NCBI GenBank assembly: GCA_017380575.1
Contig: JAFODS010000001.1
Coordinates: 32,713 to 96,712 of the forward strand
DNA: 64,000 nucleotides
DNA from: Clostridia bacterium
GTDB taxonomy: Bacteria > Bacillota > Clostridia > Oscillospirales > Acutalibacteraceae
Reading direction: 5' to 3'
Numbering within the stretch: position 1 is the first letter of the stretch; every line of letters begins with the position of its first letter. This document shows, in pieces, positions 34,059 to 43,778 of this stretch. Below the pieces are notes generated by a model. The model was not told the DNA's origin. It ran no database searches and worked only from the letters and a program-made list of their open reading frames with translations. The position numbers and the translations under genes were made by a program.

Positions 34059-35227
34059 ATCTGGTCTACGCTGAAAATAAATGCGGGCAACGGGAACCAC
34101 TGCTGTGCAGCACTGTTAAGCTTTTCGCGTTCAAAGCTGAAGTTTGAAAGGAAGGCTCTTGTTGCCTCGGTGTGAGAGAATTCAATTTCAACCTCACCGT
34201 CAAACTTTTCAACGCTGACTTCGTTATTTTTAACTGTGATGCGAAGCCTTTCGTCCGCCTTTTTGCCGTGGATAAGAACCTTGAGCTCTCCGTCTGCAAG
34301 GCTTGTGTAGCTTGCCCTTGTCTTAAGATAAGCCTTAAGCACCTTTTCATAATTAAGAACAAGAAGCGATTCACAACCGCCGACAGAAATATTTTCAGAA
34401 TTAACTGTAAAGAATCCGTGCTTCTCTTTATCAAAGGGAGATGCATTGAAGCGGATGCTGTCCTTTCCGCTGATTTCAAGAGCTGCAAGAGCAAGGTCGC
34501 CGTAATATTCAGGCTTTGTTACGGCACACTCGGAAACCCAGCTGCAACCATAGTCGATAAAGAAGTAACCTGCAAACTCGTTGCCGTCGTAAACAACGTA
34601 GGGATTGTGACGCCATGATGTTACAATTCTGTAGTAATCCTTGTGCGGTCTGCTTGCTTTGATTACGTTTTTCTGATAAAGCTCGTCGATTTTTTCGATT
34701 GATTCGGTGTCATTTTCCTGAAGCTTTTCAACACGAAGGTTGGATTTTCTTCCGCCGAAGATGTGCTTTGCAGTTTTCTTGTTGAATTCGAAGTTATATG
34801 AAACGCCCGAAGCCTCAAAGCCGAAATAACCGTAACGCTGACGCTGACCGCCAAGGTAAGCAAGGTCTGTGCCGTTGTTCATCATCTCTTCAACGCTCAT
34901 TTCCATAAGGTCAACCATATAACCCATTGAACGGTATTTAAGACCTACCGCAACGTTGCCGATACAGCAAGCCTTGATTTTTTCACCGCATACGTCGAGG
35001 TCAATGTTGAAATTGCCGACTGCTGCTCTGAATTCACCGTTTTCATCCTGAACAACAAAATTGTTGTAAGCAGGTCTGTACTCGTCGTGATAAATCTTCG
35101 GAAGGATTGAAATGAAATCCCTTTTTGTTTCGGGTTCATCATCAATAAAAAATACTTCATCAAGGAAAGCGATAAGCTTTTTGTTGTCGCAGTCCTTGCC
35201 TCTGCCGTAGTAAAGTTTCTCGTCCAT
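34055..35227 (-). CDS. GNAT-family N-acetyltransferase, Eis-like architecture
   Basis: 390 aa. The acetyl-CoA-binding-like segment is IGNVAVGLKYRSMGY. The length and C-terminal region fit Eis/SCP2-type GNATs. Confidence 0.65.
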   Translation of the reverse strand: MDEKLYYGRGKDCDNKKLIAFLDEVFFIDDEPETKRDFISILPKIYHDEYRPAYNNFVVQDENGEFRAAVGNFNIDLDVCGEKIKACCIGNVAVGLKYRSMGYMVDLMEMSVEEMMNNGTDLAYLGGQRQRYGYFGFEASGVSYNFEFNKKTAKHIFGGRKSNLRVEKLQENDTESIEKIDELYQKNVIKASRPHKDYYRIVTSWRHNPYVVYDGNEFAGYFFIDYGCSWVSECAVTKPEYYGDLALAALEISGKDSIRFNASPFDKEKHGFFTVNSENISVGGCESLLVLNYEKVLKAYLKTRASYTSLADGELKVLIHGKKADERLRITVKNNEVSVEKFDGEVEIEFSHTEATRAFLSNFSFEREKLNSAAQQWFPLPAFIFSVDQM

Positions 35228-35237
35228 AGTAGTCTCC

Positions 35238-35627
35238 TTATAAATTAAAGCTTTCGGGAAGAAGTTCTCCCAAAGTGAATGTTTTTATTTCTTCACCGTT
35301 AAAAAGATGAATTTCAAAATCTTCTTTACAAAATTCGCTGAGCACCTGACGGCATACACCGCAGGGAGGACAGAAGTTTTTGATTTCATCCGCACCGCCT
35401 ACAACAGCGATTGCCTTGAATTCTTTTTCTCCGTCTGCGATTGCCGTAAAAACTGCTGTTCTTTCGGCACAGTTTGTTGGCGAAAACGCTCCGTTTTCTA
35501 TATTACAGCCTTTGTAGACCTTTCCGTTTTTTGTAAGCAAAGCCGCACCGACTTTAAAACCCGAATACGGTGAATATGAATTCTCTCTTGCGCTGAGTGC
35601 AAGAGAAACAAGCTCGTTTTTGTTCAT
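35238..35627 (-). CDS. cdd: Cytidine deaminase
   Basis: The zinc ligand motifs are CAERTA and CPPCGVCRQ. Confidence 0.9.
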   Translation of the reverse strand: MNKNELVSLALSARENSYSPYSGFKVGAALLTKNGKVYKGCNIENGAFSPTNCAERTAVFTAIADGEKEFKAIAVVGGADEIKNFCPPCGVCRQVLSEFCKEDFEIHLFNGEEIKTFTLGELLPESFNL

Positions 35628-35628
35628 A

Positions 35629-36294
35629 TCAATATCCCTGTGCTTCTTCTTTTTTGATGATTTTTACAATTCGGCTTGTGCCGAGTCTTGATGCACCGAG
35701 CTTTATGAAATCCTCTGCATCTTCAAGGGAAGCGATACCGCCCGCCGCTTTTATCTTAAGGTGAGGAGCAACGTTTTCAGCAAAAATCTTAACGTCCTCG
35801 CGTGTTGCACCGCCCGTTGAAAAGCCCGTTGATGTCTTGATGTAATCAGCACCCGATGCAGAAACTATTTCGCACATTTTAATTTTTTCTTCGTCTGTAA
35901 GAAGGCAGGTTTCGATTATAACCTTAAGAAGCTTTCCTTCGCAGGCTTCCTTGACAGACTTGATCTCTTCAAGAAGGAAGTCGTATTTTTTATCCTTGAG
36001 TGCACCGATGTTGATAACCATATCAATTTCTTCGGCACCGTTTTTTACTGCATCGTTTGCTTCAAAGCACTTTGCAGCAGTTGTTGAGTAACCGTTCGGG
36101 AAACCGATAACTGTACAAATCGGAAGCTTGCCGTCAACGTATTCCACCGCCTGCTTAACATATGAAGCAGGGATGCAGACAGAAGCACAGCCGCACTTCA
36201 TTCCGTCGTCACAGATTGCTTTGATTTCTTCCCACGTTGCAGACTGCGAAAGCAGAGTGTGGTCAACCTTTGATAAAATCTCTTTAATATCCAT
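35629..36294 (-). CDS. deoC: Deoxyribose-phosphate aldolase
   Basis: DHTLL, the Schiff-base region YIKTSTGF, and LGASR near the C-terminus. Confidence 0.9.
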   Translation of the reverse strand: MDIKEILSKVDHTLLSQSATWEEIKAICDDGMKCGCASVCIPASYVKQAVEYVDGKLPICTVIGFPNGYSTTAAKCFEANDAVKNGAEEIDMVINIGALKDKKYDFLLEEIKSVKEACEGKLLKVIIETCLLTDEEKIKMCEIVSASGADYIKTSTGFSTGGATREDVKIFAENVAPHLKIKAAGGIASLEDAEDFIKLGASRLGTSRIVKIIKKEEAQGY

Positions 36295-36303
36295 AAAAAC
36301 TCC

Positions 36304-36996
36304 TTATTTCATAACTTCGCCTGTACGCAGGTTAACAAGATTTCTGAAAACTGCAACCTGAGAAGCGGAAACAAATTTATCCTCGTGAAGACTGCCGAAA
36401 AACCAGCGTGTATAATCACAGCTTGAGCTGAGCTCCTGAAAATAAGCGTTAAGACCGCTTACAAGGAGAGGCTCGTTATCCTTAAGCTTGAGGAAATTTT
36501 TGATTTTCTGTGCAGGCTCGTGGGTTATAATATAATCAACCGTGAACTTATGCTTTTCAAGGTTGTTTGCACCCTCGCGCATTTCTTCGCGGTTCGGAAT
36601 TTCAGCGTTTGACCAGTTCGGGTTGTCCATACGGATGTCGATATCCGGGCTTTCGCCGCCACCCATCGCAAAAATCTTTTCACCCTCGATTTCAAAAATC
36701 TGTCCGCGCATAAGGTGGAAAATGTTGTCCCTTATCTTGTGGGCAAGTCCGCCCGCAAAGCTTACAACGGGATATTTTTCGAGCAGGCCGAAGTTTTCGT
36801 GAGTACCGTCCACAAAGCAGATGTTATATTTCTTCTTCGCAAGTTTATCAAGCGTTTTTTTCTCTTTTGCGTCGCCGTCCCAGATAAAACCGAAATCACC
36901 GCAGATAATAAGAGTATCTCCGTCCTTGATGTTTTTGAATTTTCTCTGCGAAAATATTTTATAATCGCCGTGGGTATCGCCCGTAACATAAATCAT
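36304..36996 (-). CDS. Metallophosphoesterase
   Basis: MIYVTGDTHGD, CGDFG and DGTHEN. GAGGAG RBS lies before the ATG at 36996. Confidence 0.7.
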   Translation of the reverse strand: MIYVTGDTHGDYKIFSQRKFKNIKDGDTLIICGDFGFIWDGDAKEKKTLDKLAKKKYNICFVDGTHENFGLLEKYPVVSFAGGLAHKIRDNIFHLMRGQIFEIEGEKIFAMGGGESPDIDIRMDNPNWSNAEIPNREEMREGANNLEKHKFTVDYIITHEPAQKIKNFLKLKDNEPLLVSGLNAYFQELSSSCDYTRWFFGSLHEDKFVSASQVAVFRNLVNLRTGEVMK

Positions 36997-37107
36997 TTTT
37001 AAACAACTCCTCAAAAATGACATTTTTTTCAAAATCTATGTTTATTTTTGAAAAAAGTTCTGCTATAATCTAACATATATAATACTACAAATATGAGGGT
37101 CTTGTCT

Positions 37108-38481
37108 ATGAAAAAATTGATATTTTTTATATGCTCTCTTGCAATAATTATAACTTCGCTCATAACTCCCGTTTCGGCACAGAATTATATCAACAGTGTA
37201 CAGAACGAAAAGGTTAAGCTCAACTGTAAGGTTGACCTGCTCGTAAGCCTGGATGACGGCTCAGTTATTATTGAAAAAAATGCCGATACACCTGTCGCTC
37301 CCGCTTCACTCACGAAGGTTATGACGGCTCTTGTCGTTCTTAAAAACGAAAAAAACCTTGATAGAAAAATGGTTGTCAGCGAAGAGGCAATCACAAGCCT
37401 TTACGGAACAGGCAGTTCATCCTCGGGTATCAAAGCAGGCGAAGAAATCAGCGTTTACGACCTTCTTGTATGCCTTCTTATTCCGAGCGGAAACGATGCC
37501 GCAATGGCTCTTGCAATTGAGTACGGCGGAACCGCTGCAGGCTTTGTTGAAATGATGAACAGCACGGCTCTTGCACTCGGCTGTAAAAACACACATTTTG
37601 AAAATCCGCACGGACTTGATTCACCGAATCATAAAACAACGGCAAAGGATATGGTGCTGATGGCAAAAGCGGCTCTTGAATACACCGCTTTTGAAACAAT
37701 CGTCAGCGAATATATTCACAAGCTTCCCGCAACGAACATGAACGAGGAACGCAACGTTGTTAATTCAAATTACGTTATCAATCCTTACCGTACAACTTAT
37801 TACAATAAAAATGTAAAGGGTATCAAAACAGGAACAACCGATGCCGCAGGAAGATGCCTTATTTCTTACGCATCGAAAGACGGTTACAATTATATGGCTG
37901 TCGCTATGGGTGGCGGACAGCTTGATTCCGATGCAGACGGAGTTGAAGAAAACCAGGCATTTATGGATACCAACCATATGTACAAATGGGCTTTCAAAAA
38001 CCTTAAGTACGAAATCGTTACTCAGCAGGGACAGTTTGTCTGCTCCGTACCGCTTGAATACTGTGCCGATTCCGAATCTGCAAAGCTTGTTGCAAAAAGT
38101 GAAGTGCTTGCACTTGTTCCTCAGGGAAACGATTCTGAAAGCGTAAGCTTCAGACCCGTTGACGTGCCTGAAAGTCTTGCGGCTCCGCTGAAAAAAGGCG
38201 ATGCTGTCGGCAAGGCTGAAATTCTTTTTGCAGGACAGGTTATCGCTACGGTTGACCTCGTCGTTGCAGAGGATGCTTCATACGACCTTTTCCTTTATGT
38301 CAAGAGTGTCATTACCAACTCAAAAACGTTTATAACACTCATAGTTGTTGTTATCGTTCTTTGTGTCGGTGCATACGTTACGCTCTTTATTCTTTCAAAC
38401 AACAAACGCAAGAAACAGCGTGAAATCAAGATGGTTAAATACAACGAACTCAGACGCAATACCCAAAAGAAAAATAAATAA
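37108..38481 (+). CDS. D-alanyl-D-alanine carboxypeptidase (peptidase S11, PBP5-like)
   Basis: The SxxK motif is ASLTKVM, SxN is PSGNDAA, and KTG is IKTGTT. A signal peptide and a C-terminal TM anchor are present. Confidence 0.85.
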   Translation: MKKLIFFICSLAIIITSLITPVSAQNYINSVQNEKVKLNCKVDLLVSLDDGSVIIEKNADTPVAPASLTKVMTALVVLKNEKNLDRKMVVSEEAITSLYGTGSSSSGIKAGEEISVYDLLVCLLIPSGNDAAMALAIEYGGTAAGFVEMMNSTALALGCKNTHFENPHGLDSPNHKTTAKDMVLMAKAALEYTAFETIVSEYIHKLPATNMNEERNVVNSNYVINPYRTTYYNKNVKGIKTGTTDAAGRCLISYASKDGYNYMAVAMGGGQLDSDADGVEENQAFMDTNHMYKWAFKNLKYEIVTQQGQFVCSVPLEYCADSESAKLVAKSEVLALVPQGNDSESVSFRPVDVPESLAAPLKKGDAVGKAEILFAGQVIATVDLVVAEDASYDLFLYVKSVITNSKTFITLIVVVIVLCVGAYVTLFILSNNKRKKQREIKMVKYNELRRNTQKKNK

Positions 38482-38502
38482 AAAGCGAAGGGAGCTTTTG
38501 CC

Positions 38503-39366
38503 ATGAAAACAAAAATCACCGCAACTCTATCCGCACTTCTCATTTTTTCTTTGCTCTTCTCAACAGGATGCGGCAAAAAGGGAGAAAATCCTGATGACCC
38601 CACAACAACCGAAGCTTTTTTGCAGGAGGACCTGACAGACAATGCAGACACTCCTGCACCCGAAGAAACCGAAAGCCAAAGTTCAACAACTCTTCCCGAT
38701 GAAAGCACATCCGCTGTTTCACAGGATGATACATCCACAACAACAGCTGTGAACACGGTGCCGAAAACAACTGAAGAAATTGTTGCGTTTTTCAATCAGA
38801 GTGCAAACCGAATCAAGACCGAGGCAACAAAGGTTGTTAAAAACTACGAAAAGCGTCAGGTCAATGATGATAAGACGGTGCTTCCAAAGGGACTCGAAGA
38901 CACAGCAGAAGACCTTCTGAAAAAATATATGGGTGACGACACAGACCCCATTGTTTATTCAACACGTGAAGACATTCGTAACGAATACATCGTGCCTGAG
39001 CAGGATTATGTAAGTAAGCTTCAGCCTTCAACAGTTGTGAAAGCCCTTTGTGTTGACAAAGGCTCAACCTATGAGGTTTATTTCAAGCTTAAGGATCAGA
39101 AAAATCCGCGCGCAGGTAACGGCATCGGTGCTTGTTGTGACGTTATTGAAGTTCACGAGGTTTCCGAAAAGGTTTCTTTCATCAAGCGGTTTGATACACA
39201 TTATTATAACTGCGAGATAAGAGCAACAATCGACAAGGAAACAGGCAGGGTAACTCACGCAACCTACCGCACACCGCTTGTGCTTGACCTCACGGTAAAC
39301 CTCTTCGGCACACACGACGCCGCAGTCGGCTTCACCTTCGAAAAAGATTACACGATTTCATATTAA
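38503..39366 (+). CDS. Hypothetical lipoprotein
   Basis: Lipobox LLFSTGCGKK, a T/E/D-rich linker, then a globular domain with no recognised motif. Confidence 0.6.
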   Translation: MKTKITATLSALLIFSLLFSTGCGKKGENPDDPTTTEAFLQEDLTDNADTPAPEETESQSSTTLPDESTSAVSQDDTSTTTAVNTVPKTTEEIVAFFNQSANRIKTEATKVVKNYEKRQVNDDKTVLPKGLEDTAEDLLKKYMGDDTDPIVYSTREDIRNEYIVPEQDYVSKLQPSTVVKALCVDKGSTYEVYFKLKDQKNPRAGNGIGACCDVIEVHEVSEKVSFIKRFDTHYYNCEIRATIDKETGRVTHATYRTPLVLDLTVNLFGTHDAAVGFTFEKDYTISY

Positions 39367-39372
39367 AACTAA

Positions 39373-39407
39373 AAGGACTGCAGAGTTAGTGAACTGCAGT
39401 CCTTTTT
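39373..39407 (+). terminator. Rho-independent terminator
   Basis: aaggactgcag / ctgcagtcctt stem followed by a T-run. Confidence 0.85.
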
Positions 39408-39465
39408 CTATCCGAAAAATCAGTTCTGTGTGTAAAGGATAACATCCTCGACATCCATACAAATT

Positions 39466-39674
39466 CGGGTTTGTAGAGCTCTTCTTGTTTTTCAAGCTAA
39501 AAAAGTGCGTAGCTCCACTTGTCAGGGGAGCTGTCGAACAAAGTGAGACTGAGGGGTAGTTAAGCTCGTATTATCTCTCCCTCCGTCAAAACCTGCGGTT
39601 TTGCCACCTCACTCATCAGATGGAGGTATTGGATTCTGCAAAACCCAAGCACCCCGACAAACCTGAATTTGTCG
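39466..39674 (-). repeat. Interspersed structured repeat, copy 2 (inverse orientation relative to 17563-17700), with its own terminal inverted repeats
   Basis: The core at 39513-39626 aligns to the reverse complement of 17584-17697. It is flanked by ACAAATTCGGGTTTGT (39469-39484) and ACAAACCTGAATTTGT (39656-39671). Confidence 0.75.
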
Positions 39675-39675
39675 G

Positions 39676-39709
39676 GGAAAAAGAAAAGGCTGAGCCGAAG
39701 CTCAGCCTT
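39676..39709 (-). terminator. Rho-independent terminator for the 39735-40535 gene
   Basis: aaggctgag / ctcagcctt stem with a U-run on the minus strand. Confidence 0.75.
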
Positions 39710-39734
39710 TATGTAATTAGTTAGCTCTTAAGGA

Positions 39735-40535
39735 TTAAAGAGTCGGGAGAAGTCCAAGAAGAACCTCGTTAAGACCCTGGAAGAATGTGATGATCTTAAT
39801 AGCCTGCTCGATAGCCCAAGCCTTAAGTCTCTCTTCCCATGTGGGTACCGGAGGAGCTACGATGAGGTGACCTGAAACAACGTAAAGAACACCGTCGTTA
39901 GCCCAAAGTACTTCCTGCTCAAATGTTTCAAGATTCATGATTTCGATCGGTGCGCCCATTGCATACATAGCGTACTCATTTTCGAAATAGAGGAACCACT
40001 GAGGATCAGTGATTGTAAGCTGGCAGTCCATAGCAGCGCCATCTTCGTCATAACCTGTGTACTCAGGTGAAACTTCAACTGTTACATAAGCGAGAACCAT
40101 TGATTCCTGCTGGAAAACTGACATATCGTCTGTCTTGAAGCCGAACATATTCATTGTCGGATCTTCGTAGATAGCTACGTCAGCACCGATGAGGCTGTAA
40201 CCTGCAAGAGCTTCAGCTTCAGCAGAAGCCTTGATGCCTGTGATTGTCATGTAGTCAGCTGCAGCGCCTTCAATAGCGAAGTTCATACCAATAATAGCAT
40301 AACCTTCAATTGACGGTGTGTAGTTTGATACGATGTAAACAGGGATCTCGTAGATGCCGCCTGCTTCAACGTATGTGTTCTCACTTACAAAGTAGATTTC
40401 GTTCTCTGTCTGTGCCGGGAACTCGGGAAGAAGGATGCCTGTATCTGCGCCTTCATCTTCGCCCTCAGCAAAAGCTGTAAGACCGAGTGTGAAAACCATC
40501 ATTGCTGCGAGAAGGATTGCTAAAATCTTTTTCAT
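39735..40535 (-). CDS. Secreted hypothetical protein (possibly cohesin-like beta-sandwich) with a hydrophobic C-terminus
   Basis: The ATG at 40535 has an AAGGAGAA RBS. Signal peptide is MKKILAILLAAMMVFTLGLTAFA. No catalytic motif. Confidence 0.55.
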   Translation of the reverse strand: MKKILAILLAAMMVFTLGLTAFAEGEDEGADTGILLPEFPAQTENEIYFVSENTYVEAGGIYEIPVYIVSNYTPSIEGYAIIGMNFAIEGAAADYMTITGIKASAEAEALAGYSLIGADVAIYEDPTMNMFGFKTDDMSVFQQESMVLAYVTVEVSPEYTGYDEDGAAMDCQLTITDPQWFLYFENEYAMYAMGAPIEIMNLETFEQEVLWANDGVLYVVSGHLIVAPPVPTWEERLKAWAIEQAIKIITFFQGLNEVLLGLLPTL

Positions 40536-40692
40536 AGTAGATTTCTCCTTTTCATTTTTTGCGTTTTTCACGCTTCTTATTTTACGTCACTTTTTACTGA
40601 TTTCACAGCGAGAGTAACGTATTTTCTATATATTAGCACAAGGTTTTTGATTTATAATTCTAAAAAAGAAAAATAATAAACTTTTTCAAAAC

Positions 40693-42069
40693 TTATTTTT
40701 TGTCGCAAACAGCCTGCATAACCTTGTTGGAAATCTTACCTGCGGTTGCAAGTCCATATCCTGAATTTTCCGCAACACATACCACAGCATATGGTGTTTC
40801 AAGGTTTGCGGAGAAGCCTACAAACCAGGAATGTGACTCTCCGTTATCAATCTGTGCTGTTCCTGTTTTTCCGCACATTTTCAGTCCCGGGAAGGTTGAA
40901 TCACCGTAATAATTGACAACATTTGAACGCATATACTCTCTCATACGGTTTGCAACGGTGTTGTCAAGGGTAATTGATTCGGTTTGCACAGTCTGCCCGA
41001 GCTGTGTAACTTTGCCTGCGGGGGATGTGATTGAAGCAACGTAATAAGGTTTGATTGCAGTTCCTCCGTTAGCGATTGCACCCATAATCGTCATCATATG
41101 GCACGGATTAGCGAGCGTTGTGTATTGGCCGATACCTGCCCATCCGAGGTCAACGGAAGCAGTTTTACTTACATCAAACGTGCTCTTCGCAACGGGAGTC
41201 TGTCCGAGGCTTTCCTTGATGTTGAAGCCGAGCTGTTCAGCTGTCTGAGTCAGCTTGTTTTTGCCAAGCTCGATTGAAAGCTCGGCAAATGCACTGTTGC
41301 ACGAACGGTTGAAAGCCTGTTCAAAATTAACCGTGCCGTGAACATCGTTGCAGATAACGTCGCCTGTATCCGTATGATATTTACCTGTGCAATTGAATTT
41401 TCTTGAGCTGAGGTCGGGAATATTCTGTAAAGCACAAATAGCCGTAACAGCCTTGAATGTAGAACCCGGAGTGTAAACACCCGAAATAAAACGGTTAAGG
41501 TAGACACCTTCATATTCAGGATTATCCGCCATATTCGTCGGCTTGTTGTTCGGGTCATAGGTCGGTGTTGAAACCATACAGATAATTTCGCCCGTGCGGT
41601 AATTGTAAACTCCGACGGTGCCCTTTCTGCTTCCGAGTGCTTCGTATGCAACCTTGCAGACATTTGCATCAAGGGTGAGTGTAATATCGTTTCCTTTGCC
41701 GAATTTTTTCAGGTTATAAACACCGTTTACGAAGTCGTAACCCGAAAGCTCGGAGCTATAAATTGACTGAACGCCCGTCGCGATAAACGATGACGTATCG
41801 CCGACCGCGTGAAGGGTTGATTTGCGGATGGATTTGCTCTCGTTATATTTACGTTTTCCGTCCTCGCTGTATGCAAGCGGAGTTCCGTTGCGGTCATAAA
41901 TCGAACCTGCATTGGCGATCTGACCCGATGAATATACGTGGCGGTTAACTGTTTTTGCCGCCCATTCGTCACCGTTTGCATAGAAAGAGAAAACCATAAA
42001 TCCGAGCCCCACGATAAAGGCAAGGATAAAAATATAAAGAACATAAGCTCGTTTTGTCGTATTGTTCAT
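40693..42069 (-). CDS. Class B penicillin-binding protein (transpeptidase)
   Basis: SxxK is GSTFKAV, SxN is RSCNSAF, and KTG is GKTGTAQ. Its start overlaps the SEDS gene stop. Confidence 0.85.
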   Translation of the reverse strand: MNNTTKRAYVLYIFILAFIVGLGFMVFSFYANGDEWAAKTVNRHVYSSGQIANAGSIYDRNGTPLAYSEDGKRKYNESKSIRKSTLHAVGDTSSFIATGVQSIYSSELSGYDFVNGVYNLKKFGKGNDITLTLDANVCKVAYEALGSRKGTVGVYNYRTGEIICMVSTPTYDPNNKPTNMADNPEYEGVYLNRFISGVYTPGSTFKAVTAICALQNIPDLSSRKFNCTGKYHTDTGDVICNDVHGTVNFEQAFNRSCNSAFAELSIELGKNKLTQTAEQLGFNIKESLGQTPVAKSTFDVSKTASVDLGWAGIGQYTTLANPCHMMTIMGAIANGGTAIKPYYVASITSPAGKVTQLGQTVQTESITLDNTVANRMREYMRSNVVNYYGDSTFPGLKMCGKTGTAQIDNGESHSWFVGFSANLETPYAVVCVAENSGYGLATAGKISNKVMQAVCDKK

Positions 42070-43661
42070 CGCGGTGTCCTCCTGTTTTCCGGAGTTCTTC
42101 GTGACGTTGTCTGTCGCTGTGACTGCCGCTGTGTTGTCTGACGTTGCGGTGAAGCCTGACGTGAAGAGGTCTGCCTCGGTGTCGTTTGACGCGGTGTTGC
42201 CTGTCGCTGTACTGTCTGCCTTGGCTGACTCTGTCGCTGAGGCTGACGTGAAATGGGAATGTCATTTTTTGAGCTTACTGAAGCACGCTGAACTCTTGTG
42301 TTTTCGACGGGTTGTTGAGCCTGTTGCCTCTGGCGGGTACGTGTTGCTTCGCCTGAGATGTTTCTTGCTCTTCTCTGCGGAGCTCTGCCGATACGGATAT
42401 CGGGCGGATAAAGCGGATGATCGGGAAGAATCGTCTTCGAAAGCTTCGGATAAGTTCGTATATCCGCCGCCTTGATAAATGCGATAAGTCCCCACGAACA
42501 AATCATACTTGAACCGCCTCGGCTGATAAACGGAAGCGTAACGCCCGTAAGCGGAAGAATGTCCGTTACACCGAAAATATTAAGTGCCGTCTGGAAAAGC
42601 ATAAGTCCTGCGGCGGCACAGGCGGCAATTGCATAAAATGCGGAACGCGTTGTTCTTGCAACCTTGATTGCATAAAGAAGAATAAAAACATACGAAAGGA
42701 CGATGAGCAGAGCAACAATCATTCCCCACTCTTCACAAACCATTCCGAAAACAAGGTCGGTTGTTGAAGCAAAAATATGCTTCAGGTTTCCGTTGCCGAT
42801 ACCCAGTCCGAAAAGACCGCCGCTGACGGAATAAATCAGCACTCGCGTCTGTTGCATACCCGCTTCGTTCATCTGTTCCCAGATGTGGCGGTAGGTTGAA
42901 AATCTTGCGGCAACCGTCGGACGGAAAAGGATAATCATAACCGCACCGAGAGCCGCAACAACGCAGACAAGTGCAATTGTTCGCATATCGCCCGAACGCA
43001 TAAACGCGATAATAATAAATGTAAAGAAGAAAATGAGTGCTGTTCCGAAGTCTCGCATAAGGAAAAGGGCACCTACACAGCCGACAGAGAAAATCAGGTA
43101 TTTTGTAAGGCTCGTTGTGCGCTGAAGCTTATCGAGCGAAGCCGCACCAACAAAAATGAATGCCAGCTTAACAAGCTCGGAAGGCTGGATTGAAAAGCCT
43201 GCAATCGTAATCCAGTTGAGTGCACCGTTCTTTGTTTCCGCAAGAAGGAGATTGACCGCAAGAAGACCGACGGCAACAACGGCAATCGGCATTCGCAGTT
43301 TCATAACGATGTCTGTACGACGCAGAATAATAATCAAAGCGATAAAAACGCACAGACCGAGAAGGATTGAAAAAACCTGCTTGATTGCATAGTCATCATA
43401 AACGCTTGCACAAACGGTCAGTCCGATTCCCGAAAAAAGGAAGCCGAGAATTTCAAGCTCGAAATTATTCTGACCGCAGAATACGGAAGCGATGAAAAAA
43501 TAAATCCATTCAACAGCTATGTAACCTGCAAAGATGATAAGCAGTTTCATATTGACCGATTCGTTTGTTATAACAGGTGTTGCCGTAATTATCTGAAAAA
43601 CCGTGACTAGAATCATCATAAGATTCCAGTTAAAACGTTTGTTGAGTTTTTCGTTGTCCAT
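42066..43661 (-). CDS. FtsW/RodA/SpoVE (SEDS) family protein with an R/Q/T-rich C-terminal tail
   Basis: About 10 TM segments and LPFISRGGSS near the end of the SEDS core. A low-complexity tail of about 130 aa follows. The ATG at 43661 has a GGAAGGAGG RBS. Confidence 0.85.
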   Translation of the reverse strand: MDNEKLNKRFNWNLMMILVTVFQIITATPVITNESVNMKLLIIFAGYIAVEWIYFFIASVFCGQNNFELEILGFLFSGIGLTVCASVYDDYAIKQVFSILLGLCVFIALIIILRRTDIVMKLRMPIAVVAVGLLAVNLLLAETKNGALNWITIAGFSIQPSELVKLAFIFVGAASLDKLQRTTSLTKYLIFSVGCVGALFLMRDFGTALIFFFTFIIIAFMRSGDMRTIALVCVVAALGAVMIILFRPTVAARFSTYRHIWEQMNEAGMQQTRVLIYSVSGGLFGLGIGNGNLKHIFASTTDLVFGMVCEEWGMIVALLIVLSYVFILLYAIKVARTTRSAFYAIAACAAAGLMLFQTALNIFGVTDILPLTGVTLPFISRGGSSMICSWGLIAFIKAADIRTYPKLSKTILPDHPLYPPDIRIGRAPQRRARNISGEATRTRQRQQAQQPVENTRVQRASVSSKNDIPISRQPQRQSQPRQTVQRQATPRQTTPRQTSSRQASPQRQTTQRQSQRQTTSRRTPENRRTPR

Positions 43662-43778
43662 AATGCGCCTCCTTCCGTTTAACAAACCGATATAGAGTAA
43701 TTATAACACGGAAAAGCAAACAAACTCAACAGTTTCGGAAAATTTTACATTAACTTAACAGATGATTATATTAAACAC

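Noticed and set aside
33771-34100. The ORF track extends the galM frame 110 codons upstream, giving a 458-aa protein.
   Set aside because: The extension reads through the foldback element and the neighbouring gene's 3' end. It has a low-complexity, Arg/Phe-rich non-protein-like composition. An ATG with a GGAGG RBS at 33770 gives a normal-length mutarotase.
42066-42260. The short-period DNA repeat was considered as a CRISPR-like or minisatellite array.
   Set aside because: The repeats are degenerate, contiguous and in frame within the SEDS gene, where they encode the R/Q/T-rich tail. There is no repeat-spacer architecture. No CRISPR array was seen anywhere in the window.
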